From IMG/VR virus record IMGVR_UViG_3300018432_000290, positions 4,010 through 68,009 of that record: 64,000 bases of DNA, one strand, 5' to 3'. Below are positions 26,012 through 34,698 of this stretch, in pieces (the stretch's first letter is position 1; every line of letters starts with the position of its first letter). This stretch comes from a virus. The notes beneath the pieces are model-generated. The model saw nothing but the letters and a program-made list of their open reading frames with translations. It made no database searches and was not told where the DNA came from. A program made the translations under genes and the position numbers.

Positions 26012-26254
26012 ATGAACACCCCTGCCAACGGACGTCGCCGGGCGTGGGGGCGGCGCGACCGCCGGGTGTGGGGGCGGCGCTACGCCCAGGCCGACCGGGC
26101 GGTGCGCGAGGCCACCATCGGGGTGGCCAACGTGCGCGCCCGCGGACAGGCCGTCCCGGACGCGCTGCTGGCCGACCGCGGAGAGAAGATCACCCGGCGG
26201 GCCGACGTCAGGGAAGCGGCGGCCAACGAACGGCGGGGGCTGGCCACCCCGTGA
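26012..26254 (+). CDS. Small Arg-rich protein coupled to the relaxase
   Basis: GGAG RBS; GTGA overlap with the relaxase start. Confidence 0.6.
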   Translation: MNTPANGRRRAWGRRDRRVWGRRYAQADRAVREATIGVANVRARGQAVPDALLADRGEKITRRADVREAAANERRGLATP

Positions 26255-29200
26255 GCGTGTCCGCCACGGCGGTGTCGGACGGGGGCTACTACCTGCGCGC
26301 GTGCGACAAGCACAAGGCCCCCAAGGACCGCCCGGAGGCCCACGGCCCGGCCGCGTACGAGCTGAACGCGGTGGCCGGCGGGGAGCCCCCCGGGGAGTGG
26401 TACGGGGCCGGAGCTCGGGCCCTGCGCCTGGTGGGGGAGATCGTGCCGGGGCAGCCCAGCGGGGATGACTTCTCCACCCTGGTGGACGAGGTCAAGCACC
26501 CCCACACCGGGGAGAAGCTGGGCAGCCGGCCGCGGCGGTTCAAGACCGCCGAGCAGCTGGTGGCCCAGTACCGGGCCAAGCACCCGGACGCCACCCCGGA
26601 GCAGGTGTCCGAGCAGGCCGCGAAGGCCAGCACCAAGCGGCGCAAGAACGTCCACGCGTACGACCTGGGGTACGGGCTGCCCAAGAGCTGGAGCGTGTTG
26701 CACGCCGCCCTCGAGCGCGAGGGCCGGACCGCCGAGGCCGCCCTGATGTGGGAGGCCATCAACGCCGGCGTGAAGGCCAGCCTGGACCAGGCCGCGGAGG
26801 AGCACGGGTGGACGCGCACGGGGGTGGGCGGGCCCCGGGTGCACGGCCAGAGCACCACCCGCAACGTGCGGGCCCCGGACTGGACCATGGCCATGTTCCG
26901 TCACCACACCAGCCGGGACCGGGACCCCCAGCTGCACGTCCACGTGATGCTGCTCAACCGGGTCCAGCTGCCGGACGGGAGCTGGAAGGCCATCCACGCG
27001 GCCCCCCTGATGCGGGCCAAGCACCAGCTGGACGCCACGTTCCTGCGCGTGGCCGAGGCCAAGCTCTATGAGCTGCTGGGCTACAGCGTGGCCACCCGCC
27101 CGGACGGCAAGGCCCGGGAGATCCTGGGGGTGTCCCAGGCGGTGCGGGATCTGTTCTCCAGCAGGTCACGGGCCCTGACGGAGCGCGCGTCGGAGCTGGT
27201 GGACGGCTACGCGGCCAAGCACAAGCTGGAGTCGGTGAGCCCGTTCATCCGGTGGTCCATCCTCCAGTACGCGGCCCGGGACAGCCGCAAGCCCAAGGCC
27301 CAGGGGATCACCCGCAAGCAGGACCTGGCCCGCTTCGAGGCCACCATGCGCGAGGCCGTGCGCGGGGGGCTGGACGGGGTGGTGGCCGACACCGACAAGG
27401 CCCGCGCCCAGCCGTCCCCGGCCCTGCCGTGGAACGACGAGCTGGTGATCGACCAGGCGTTGGCCGACCTGGACTCCAGGAGCGGCACCAGTAAGGCCGT
27501 GTGGAACCGGTCCCACCTGTACCACGCCATCAGCATGCGGCTGCCGGACCGGCTCAACCTGCCCGCCGAGGACATTCCCACCCTGCTGTCCGCCCTGACG
27601 GAGCAGGCCCTGGCCAGCCCCCAGGTGATCAGCGTGGAGGCCCCGGGGGCGGCCCGGGTGCCGGACAGCCTGCGCGACGCGCGCACGGGTCGGTCGGTGT
27701 TCGACGCCCCGGAGGGGGAGCGCTACACCACCGCGGCCCACCTGGGGCGGGAGGACAGCCTGGTGGCCCGCCTGGACCAGGTGGGGGCCCCGACGGTGCC
27801 GGAGGGCACCACCCGTGCCCTGATCGCCGCGCGCCACGAGCTGGACGACCAGCAGGCCGACGTGGCCGCCGCCGTGATGGCCGATGAACACCGCATCGTC
27901 CAGATCGAGGCCCCGGCCGGGTCCGGCAAGTCCCGCGTGGTGGGGGCCATCAGCGACGTGTCCGAGCAGGTGTACGGCCACGGGCTGCTGGGGTTCACCA
28001 CCGCCCAGAACGCCGCGGAGGTGCTGGCCCGGGAGGGGGTGCAGCGGGCCCACAACATCGCCGCGTACCTGGACTTCCTGGACCGCGCCCAGCACGGGGA
28101 GGTCACGGACACGGAGCGTGCCACGTTCGCCGTGCCACGCGGTGCCACGGTGGTGGTGGACGAACGCACCCTGGTGGGCACGCGGGACCTGGTGCGCCTG
28201 CTGGACGCCCTGGACCGCGCCGGCGCGGGCAAGTACGTGCTGGTGGGGGATGAGGAGCAGGCCGGGGCCGTGGACGCCGGCGGGGCCGCCGCGCTGATGA
28301 ACCGGGAGCGCGAGCCCTACCGGCTGGCCACCATCCACCGGTTCCACGAGCAGTGGGAGCGCGACGCATCCGCGGAGGTCAGGCAGGGCAAGGTGGAGGC
28401 CCTGATCCCGTACCAGGTGCGGGGCCGGCTGCACGGCAGCACCGACGCGGAGTGGGTGCGGGACGCGGCCGTGGAGGGGTTCGTCCGGGACTACCTGGAC
28501 GGGGAGCAGTCCATCATCGTCACGCGCACCGGGGAGGACGCGTCCAACCTGAACAGCCGGGTGCGCGCCCAGCTGGTGCGCCACGGGCGCGTGTCCGACG
28601 AGGGAGCCGTCCCCCTGCGCGATGACACCGTGGCCGGGGTGGGGGACCTCGTGGCCACCCGCAAGAACAGCCGTGCACGCGGGGTGGTCAACCGGGAGCA
28701 GTGGGAGGTGGTGGGCACCACCAGCCACGGGGCGCTGGAGGTGCGCCGCCTGGAGGGGCGGGACAAGGACACCGGGGCCATGCGGTACGGGCCCACCCGC
28801 ACCCTGGACGCGGAGTACACGCGGGAGCAGGTGGAACTGGCCTACAGCGGCACGGTGGAGGCCGTCCAGGGACGCAACCCGGACACCAGCCACCTGCTGG
28901 TCACCCCCGGCATGGGGCGCAGCCACTTCTATCCCGGGTTCGCCCGGGGGTCCAAGCGCAACCACGCGTATGCGGTGCTGGAGGACGACAAGCAGACGCC
29001 GCTGGGGCGCATCGGGGACGTGCTGGAGTACGACGACCGGGAGGTGGCCGCCCGCCAGGTGATTGCGCAGGAGCTGGAGCGCAGCGAGCACCTGGGCCAC
29101 CTGGGCCCCCAGTGGCAGCAGCTGGTGATCGAGGACAGCGCCGTCCACCACCGGGAGCTGATGCGTCAGGCCCTGGGGGATGACGCCCAGCGGGTGCTGG

Positions 29201-31041
29201 AGGACCCGGACGCCGGCGGGCTGCTGCGGCTGATGCGCGCCGCGGAGACCGAGGGCCACCAGCCGGAGAAGGTGCTGGCCGCCGCGCGCGGGCGCGGCAA
29301 CCTGACGGGGGCGCGGTCCCCGGCCCGGGTGCTGTTCGCGCGCATGGACCGGGAGCTGGACCGGGCGCGGTCCCAGCGCCAGGAGGAGGACCCGGACGCG
29401 CCGGCGGTCCCGTTCACCTATCAGGCCCGGGTGCGCCCGGTGGAGCACGGGGCCCGGGACAACGCCGAGCGCGCGTACGCGGCCGAGCTGGCCCGGGCCA
29501 TGGACCACAGCGTGGCCGAGCTCGGGCAGCGCGTGGTGGAGCAGTGGCCGGCCTGGGCCCAGCGCCAGTGGGGGGACCTGCCGGACGATCCCCTGGAGCG
29601 TCAGGCCCTGGCCGGTCGGGCGGCCCCGGTGGCCGCGTACCGCGAGCAGTTCGGGTGGGACGACGAGCTGGACCCCATCGGCCCCCAGCCGTCGCGCACG
29701 GAACCGGAGCGGGCGTGGGTGTGGAACCGGGCCGCGGACACCATGGGGCTGGACCGCCACAGCCGGGACCTGGCCGGGCTGAGCGCGGGGGAGCTGGAGA
29801 ACCGGCGCCAGGCCTGGCAGCGGGAGCAGACCTGGGGTCCGCGCAACGTGGACGACGAGCTGGGGGCCACTCACCTGGCCGCCGAGCGCGCCCGGGCCAA
29901 GGCCGTGGAGGCCCGCGCCGCCTACGGGGAGGACCTGGACCTGGAGGCCGCCGCGGAGAGCGAGCGCGCCCGGGTGCGTCAGCTGGAGTACGTGGCCCAG
30001 GTGCGCAAGGACTGGTACGCGGAGACCCGGGACACGCGGGTGGCCGCGGAGTACGCGGCGGCCGAGCAGGAACGGCGCGCGGAGCTGGAGCAGGCACGGC
30101 AGGACGACCCGGTCACGCGTGACGTCACGCGTGACCCGGAGACCCGTGACGTCACGCGTGACGTCACGCGTGACCAGCCCCAGCGCGAGATCCCGGACGA
30201 GGACCAGGTGCCCGCGTGGGCCCAGGAGGCCCGGCGCGGCGTGGACGCGGAGGCCCGCCGCGCCCAGGATCTGCGGTGGGCCCGGGAACGTGCGGCCGAG
30301 CGCGCCGCCCAGGCCCGGGAGCGCGAGGAGCAGGAACGCGTTACGCGTAACGCGCAGCCCGTCCCGGACGATGGGCGGGGTGAGAACGGGCCGAATAATA
30401 TTTCCCGGGATCCCACACCGGTGCCCGACGCCCCCTCAGATGAGGGCCCGGAAGTAGACGACCCCCCGCGTGAGCTGGGCGAGGACCGGCCGGTTGACGA
30501 TCCGGCCCCGGTCGAGAGGTTGCCGGAACCCCACCCGCGTCCCCTGCCGGAGCCGGAGCGGGAGCCGGAGGAGGACCAGCCCGAGGACGAGCCGCAACCG
30601 GAGCCGGTGGACGAGCTGGCCGCGCGCCGGGAGGCCAAGGCCGAGCGCGAGGCCGAGCAGGAGCACCAGCGCGAGGACGACGAGGGGGACGAGCCCATCG
30701 GCGGGTGGCGGGACGCCCCGGACGACTACACCGACGAGCAGGTGCAGGAGCGCGAGGACCGCGCCCCGGACGCGGACGTGGTGGACCTCGAGCGGGAGCG
30801 CCAGCAGCGGGAGCAGGACGACGCCGCCGCGGCCGCGCGCGAGGCCGACGAGCGCGCCGAGGAGCAGGCCCGCCAGCAGGCCCGCGCGGACCGTGACGCC
30901 CAGCTGCGCGCGGACGTGGAGAAGGCCCAGGAGGCCGCGCGCATCATGGCCGAGCGCCGGGAGGCGGCCGAGCGCGAGCAGGACGAGCGGGAGCCGGACC
31001 CGGCCCCGGTGCGCGAGGACACCCACCAGCGCGAGGACTAG
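26251..31041 (+). CDS. MOBF (TrwC/TraI-like) relaxase-helicase with long acidic tail
   Basis: N-terminal YY (DGGYYL), YDLGYGLPKSWSVL, HUH motif HHTSRDRDPQLHVH, EILGV..FSSRS, helicase APAGSGKS, VVDE, LVGDEEQ. Confidence 0.93.
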   Translation: MSVSATAVSDGGYYLRACDKHKAPKDRPEAHGPAAYELNAVAGGEPPGEWYGAGARALRLVGEIVPGQPSGDDFSTLVDEVKHPHTGEKLGSRPRRFKTAEQLVAQYRAKHPDATPEQVSEQAAKASTKRRKNVHAYDLGYGLPKSWSVLHAALEREGRTAEAALMWEAINAGVKASLDQAAEEHGWTRTGVGGPRVHGQSTTRNVRAPDWTMAMFRHHTSRDRDPQLHVHVMLLNRVQLPDGSWKAIHAAPLMRAKHQLDATFLRVAEAKLYELLGYSVATRPDGKAREILGVSQAVRDLFSSRSRALTERASELVDGYAAKHKLESVSPFIRWSILQYAARDSRKPKAQGITRKQDLARFEATMREAVRGGLDGVVADTDKARAQPSPALPWNDELVIDQALADLDSRSGTSKAVWNRSHLYHAISMRLPDRLNLPAEDIPTLLSALTEQALASPQVISVEAPGAARVPDSLRDARTGRSVFDAPEGERYTTAAHLGREDSLVARLDQVGAPTVPEGTTRALIAARHELDDQQADVAAAVMADEHRIVQIEAPAGSGKSRVVGAISDVSEQVYGHGLLGFTTAQNAAEVLAREGVQRAHNIAAYLDFLDRAQHGEVTDTERATFAVPRGATVVVDERTLVGTRDLVRLLDALDRAGAGKYVLVGDEEQAGAVDAGGAAALMNREREPYRLATIHRFHEQWERDASAEVRQGKVEALIPYQVRGRLHGSTDAEWVRDAAVEGFVRDYLDGEQSIIVTRTGEDASNLNSRVRAQLVRHGRVSDEGAVPLRDDTVAGVGDLVATRKNSRARGVVNREQWEVVGTTSHGALEVRRLEGRDKDTGAMRYGPTRTLDAEYTREQVELAYSGTVEAVQGRNPDTSHLLVTPGMGRSHFYPGFARGSKRNHAYAVLEDDKQTPLGRIGDVLEYDDREVAARQVIAQELERSEHLGHLGPQWQQLVIEDSAVHHRELMRQALGDDAQRVLEDPDAGGLLRLMRAAETEGHQPEKVLAAARGRGNLTGARSPARVLFARMDRELDRARSQRQEEDPDAPAVPFTYQARVRPVEHGARDNAERAYAAELARAMDHSVAELGQRVVEQWPAWAQRQWGDLPDDPLERQALAGRAAPVAAYREQFGWDDELDPIGPQPSRTEPERAWVWNRAADTMGLDRHSRDLAGLSAGELENRRQAWQREQTWGPRNVDDELGATHLAAERARAKAVEARAAYGEDLDLEAAAESERARVRQLEYVAQVRKDWYAETRDTRVAAEYAAAEQERRAELEQARQDDPVTRDVTRDPETRDVTRDVTRDQPQREIPDEDQVPAWAQEARRGVDAEARRAQDLRWARERAAERAAQAREREEQERVTRNAQPVPDDGRGENGPNNISRDPTPVPDAPSDEGPEVDDPPRELGEDRPVDDPAPVERLPEPHPRPLPEPEREPEEDQPEDEPQPEPVDELAARREAKAEREAEQEHQREDDEGDEPIGGWRDAPDDYTDEQVQEREDRAPDADVVDLERERQQREQDDAAAAAREADERAEEQARQQARADRDAQLRADVEKAQEAARIMAERREAAEREQDEREPDPAPVREDTHQRED
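30112..30174. repeat. Tandem palindromic 12-mer GTCACGCGTGAC x4
   Basis: Copies at 30112, 30124, 30151 and 30163 plus a half copy at 30145. Confidence 0.9.
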
Positions 31042-31051
31042 GACGCACGAA

Positions 31052-31083
31052 ACGGCCCCCTCCCGGGAGTGGGAGGGGGCCGT
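31052..31083. terminator. Hairpin between the relaxase and the end of the late region
   Basis: 13-bp stem ACGGCCCCCTCCC / GGGAGGGGGCCGT, 6-nt loop. Confidence 0.75.
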
Positions 31084-31100
31084 CGTGGTGGGGGGGGTGG

Positions 31101-31826
31101 TCAGCCGTCGTCGGGGCGAGCTCGCCCGCGGGGACCCTCCCCGCGCACGTCCACGCGCACGGAGTCGAACGCCGGCACCTGGTTGGCGAACTGCATCAGC
31201 GGGGTGCGGTGGGAGCCGTCCCCGGCCCACACCACGCACTGGGCCTGCCCCTGCTCGGCCAGCCCGGGCAGCGTGACGGTGACGGTGTCGGCGCCGGGGC
31301 CGCCCCCACCGTCCTCCACGGCGCGGAAGCTGGCGTTCCGGTCCGGCTGGGGGGCCACGTCGGCCCGGCCCAGGGGGCGGCAGGCGGCGTGGAAGTGTCC
31401 GCGGGTGATCCCCCCGGACAGGGTGCCGGTCTCCAGGTAGTACCCCCCCTGCCCGGCGGCCAGGAAGCGGTCCCGGATCAGGTTGCGGCTGGACACGCGC
31501 AGGGTGATGTCTTCCCCGGCCCGCACCCGGCGCGGGCTGTCCAGCACCAGCAGCTGGGGGTTGTTCCCCTGGGCGGCCACCTCCCCGTGGGACACCTGGA
31601 TGCACGCCGGCGCGACCTGGTTGCCGTCGTGGGGGGGCAGCTGGCTGGCGGAGCAGTCCACGGCCAGGGGTTCCAGCTCGGCCGCGGCGTACCCCACCAC
31701 GGTGCCGGTCCCCACCAGGGCCACGGCGGCCAGCAGGGCCGCGAGGACGGCGGCCACCCGCCCGCGGTGGGGGAGGCGGCGAGGTGCGCGGCGGGGTGCG
31801 CGGTGACGGCGGCGCGAGCGGAACAT
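31101..31826 (-). CDS. Secreted or membrane-anchored Cys-containing protein
   Basis: GAGGAG RBS; basic N-region plus hydrophobic helix; DCS..HDG..C, GHFHAAC. Confidence 0.7.
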   Translation of the reverse strand: MFRSRRRHRAPRRAPRRLPHRGRVAAVLAALLAAVALVGTGTVVGYAAAELEPLAVDCSASQLPPHDGNQVAPACIQVSHGEVAAQGNNPQLLVLDSPRRVRAGEDITLRVSSRNLIRDRFLAAGQGGYYLETGTLSGGITRGHFHAACRPLGRADVAPQPDRNASFRAVEDGGGGPGADTVTVTLPGLAEQGQAQCVVWAGDGSHRTPLMQFANQVPAFDSVRVDVRGEGPRGRARPDDG

Positions 31827-31877
31827 CTGGGGTCTCCTCGGGGAGCGGAGGTGGTGCGGGCAAGGTAGCGCGCTGGG

Positions 31878-32846
31878 CTACTTGGGCCCCACGTACCGCA
31901 CCGCGAAGCGTGTGCGGGCCTGGCCCCACGGGTTGACCAGGATGTTGAACGTGGCCGCGCACCACAGTCCAAAGGCCAGGGTGTCCCCGGCCGCCAGCCG
32001 GACCGTCTGGTGGATGCGCACGTTCTGTTCGGCCCCGGCGGTCTGGCTCTGAGTCATCACGCTGTACCCGGTGGCGGCCTGGCCGCCCGTGGACCCGTTG
32101 GGCACGTTCTTGCACACCTTGGCCGCCATGGGCAGCGCGGTGCCGTGCCACACCCACTCCACGTCGTAGCGCCCGGCCACCGGCACGACGGCCCGGTAGA
32201 ACGGGAAGGCCGTACTGAGCATGGTGTGGGTGTCCACCAGCGCGGTCATCTGGCTACCCATCAGGTAGTCCGCGCTGGCCAGGTTGGTGAACTGGGAGGT
32301 CAGCTCCATCTCCAGCACCGGGGCTTCGGTGTACCCCACGGCCCCGAACAGGTGGGTGCGCACCACCTGGTCCAGGTAGGTGTGGGTGTGGTTGCCGGGG
32401 GCGGCCTGGGTGGCACCGGTGCCCAGGGTGCGGCGGCTGGGGGTGGCGGCGACGGCGTCGCTGGCCAGGGCCAGCTTGGACTCCGCGATGGCCGCCGAGG
32501 CCGACACGGACCCGTCCACCACAGTCAGCGCGGCCGGGGTGCGGGTGTCGGACAGCCTGGCGTCGTCGGCGCGCACCAGCTGGGTGGTGCTCAAGGTCCC
32601 GCTGGACGCCACCGGTAGGTCCCCGATGGCGTGGGCGTGGGTGGTGGGCGTGCGGCTGTTGCTCAGCCGGGAGTCGTCGGCGCGCGTGAGCGCGGTGGCG
32701 CTCGAGGTCCCGCTGGCGGCCACCGGCAGGTCACCGATCAGGTGGCTGTGGGCGGCGGCGGCCTTCCCGGCCACGGCGGTGGTCAGGGCCTTGACGTCCT
32801 GCCCGATCCGAGTGGCCAGCTCGGACACCTCGGACACCAGGGTCAT
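31878..32846 (-). CDS. Tail fibre-like protein with His-x-His repeats
   Basis: HxHxIGDLPVA..RADDxRLS repeats; beta-rich C-terminal domain. Confidence 0.75.
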   Translation of the reverse strand: MTLVSEVSELATRIGQDVKALTTAVAGKAAAAHSHLIGDLPVAASGTSSATALTRADDSRLSNSRTPTTHAHAIGDLPVASSGTLSTTQLVRADDARLSDTRTPAALTVVDGSVSASAAIAESKLALASDAVAATPSRRTLGTGATQAAPGNHTHTYLDQVVRTHLFGAVGYTEAPVLEMELTSQFTNLASADYLMGSQMTALVDTHTMLSTAFPFYRAVVPVAGRYDVEWVWHGTALPMAAKVCKNVPNGSTGGQAATGYSVMTQSQTAGAEQNVRIHQTVRLAAGDTLAFGLWCAATFNILVNPWGQARTRFAVRYVGPK

Positions 32847-33907
32847 CAGACCAGGGCCGCCTCATAGGCCGCCACGAAGTCGGTGGTGGTGGAGCCCACG
32901 TTGGTGGTCAGGGTGGTCAGGTCCGCGGCCGCGGCGGCCCCGATGTTGGTCCGCCCCTGGGTCTGCTGGGGGCCGGTCAGCCCCTGGGCGGCGTCGATGC
33001 GCAGCCGGTTGCCCAGGGCGGCGGTCACGGTGCCGGCGAAGTTGGCGTCGTCCCCGATGGCCGCGGCCAGCTCGTTGAGGGTGTCCAGCGCGGCGGGGGC
33101 GCCGGCGGTGTCCAGCACCGTGCCGATGCGCCCGTCCACGTAGCCCTGGAGTCCGGTGACGTCGGTGGTGGCGTGGGCGTGGGCCACGGCGGCCTTGCCG
33201 GCCAGGGCGGTCGTCAGCCCGGTGACCTCAGCGGTGGTGTGCCCGTGGGCGGTGGGGGCGCGGCTGTCGGACAGCCGCAGGTCGTCCGCGCGCACCACCT
33301 GGGTGCTGCTGCTGGAGCCGCTGGCGGCCACGGGCAGGTCCGCGATCCCGTGGACGTGGGCGGTGGGTGCCCGGCTGTTGGACAGCCGGGAATCATCGGC
33401 GCGCACCAGGGCCGTGGTGCTGGTGGACCCGGACGCGGCCACCGGCAGGTCCCCGATGGCGTGGCCGTGGGCGGTGGCGGCCTTGCCGTCCAGCGCGCTC
33501 TGCAACCCGGTGGTGTCCCCGACGGCGTGGGCGTGGGCGGTGGGGGTGCGCGCGTTGGACAGCCGGGTGTCATCCGCGCGCACCAGGGCGGTGCTGCTGG
33601 ACACCCCGGAGGCGGCCACCGGCAGGTCGGCCACCCCGTGGCTGTGGGCCAGCTCGGCCTTGTCGGCCAGCTCGGTGCTCACCTTCTGGCTGGACCAGCT
33701 GGAGGTGGTGGACGTGGTGGCGTCGTTGATCCCGGAGGCCCCGCCCACGGACCCGCTCAGCTCGTTGATCGCCGACACCAGGTCCGTCTTGGCGGTGGTG
33801 TCCAGCGCGGACAGGTCCGGGGCGTTGGCGCACAGCAGGGTGCGCAGGGCCTTGTCCTCGGTGGCGGCGCGCACCGCCAGGTCCGCGACGTTGGTAGCCA
33901 GGGTCAT
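32846..33907 (-). CDS. Tail fibre repeat protein
   Basis: TTAKTDLVSAINEL, HxH repeats, APAALDTLNELAAAIGDDANFA. Confidence 0.8.
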   Translation of the reverse strand: MTLATNVADLAVRAATEDKALRTLLCANAPDLSALDTTAKTDLVSAINELSGSVGGASGINDATTSTTSSWSSQKVSTELADKAELAHSHGVADLPVAASGVSSSTALVRADDTRLSNARTPTAHAHAVGDTTGLQSALDGKAATAHGHAIGDLPVAASGSTSTTALVRADDSRLSNSRAPTAHVHGIADLPVAASGSSSSTQVVRADDLRLSDSRAPTAHGHTTAEVTGLTTALAGKAAVAHAHATTDVTGLQGYVDGRIGTVLDTAGAPAALDTLNELAAAIGDDANFAGTVTAALGNRLRIDAAQGLTGPQQTQGRTNIGAAAAADLTTLTTNVGSTTTDFVAAYEAALV

Positions 33908-34299
33908 CAGACCAGTCCGTTCTCGAACAGGAGCCGCAGGGACACCATGTCGTCATATGCCGGGTGAGGGGTCGGGGCCTGCTCGTGGGCGTTCAGGTGG
34001 GCGGCGGTGGCCATGGGCTGGGCGAAGTCCGGGTCCGGGAAGTACCCGGCCAGCACCCCGCCGGCGGGGCCGATGGCCCCTTCCGGCACGGCCCCGCGGC
34101 CCACGCTGACCACCTCCGCCCCGGCCAGCGGGTCCGGCACGGTGTGTTCCAGCACCACGGGGGCGGGGGCCCGGTGCTCCACCACCTCCACGTCGGTCAC
34201 GGTGGACACCACCTCGGCCCCGGCCAGCGGGTCCGGGGTCCCGTGCTCCAGCACCACGGACCCCGACACCCCCCGCTCCACCACCTCCACGTCGCTCAC
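33907..34299 (-). CDS. Virion-associated hypothetical with a 33-aa internal duplication
   Basis: DVEVVE..VVLEH..PDPLAGAEVVS occurs twice. Confidence 0.65.
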   Translation of the reverse strand: MSDVEVVERGVSGSVVLEHGTPDPLAGAEVVSTVTDVEVVEHRAPAPVVLEHTVPDPLAGAEVVSVGRGAVPEGAIGPAGGVLAGYFPDPDFAQPMATAAHLNAHEQAPTPHPAYDDMVSLRLLFENGLV

Positions 34300-34694
34300 C
34301 GGGCCGTGTCCGGTTCCACGTGGAACGGGCGGTTGCGCACGATGGTGCGCACCTCGGCGGGGGCGTCCTCGGGCCCGCGGCTGATCTCCACGTCCAGGAA
34401 GCCGTGCCAGTCCCGGGGCTTGTCGGCCCAGTCAGCGGGGGTGAGCACCAGCTGGATGCTGTCCGTGTCCAGCTCCTCCCCGGAGGACGGGACGGTGACG
34501 GTGCCGGTGTCGAACACGATGCCCCCGCCGTCCACCGTCCACACGAAGGTGGGGGCGGTGGCCTCGGTGTGCTCCCGGGCCTGGGCGCGCACACGCCAGG
34601 CCGACAGGGTGGGGTTGGGCCGGGCTCCGCGCAGGAACACGAACCACAGGGGGCTCTCCCAGCTCTCCCCGTGCCAGGCCACCAGGTCGTCCAT
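34296..34694 (-). CDS. Putative minor tail/adaptor protein
   Basis: GGAGG RBS; beta-rich; position before the fibre genes. Confidence 0.65.
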   Translation of the reverse strand: MDDLVAWHGESWESPLWFVFLRGARPNPTLSAWRVRAQAREHTEATAPTFVWTVDGGGIVFDTGTVTVPSSGEELDTDSIQLVLTPADWADKPRDWHGFLDVEISRGPEDAPAEVRTIVRNRPFHVEPDTAR

Positions 34695-34698
34695 GGCG

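Noticed and set aside
25762-26250. N-terminal 163 aa of the 1759-aa ORF-track relaxase
   Set aside because: MOBF catalytic tyrosines lie near the N-terminus; the GTG at 26251 overlaps the upstream stop and the extension crosses the promoter region
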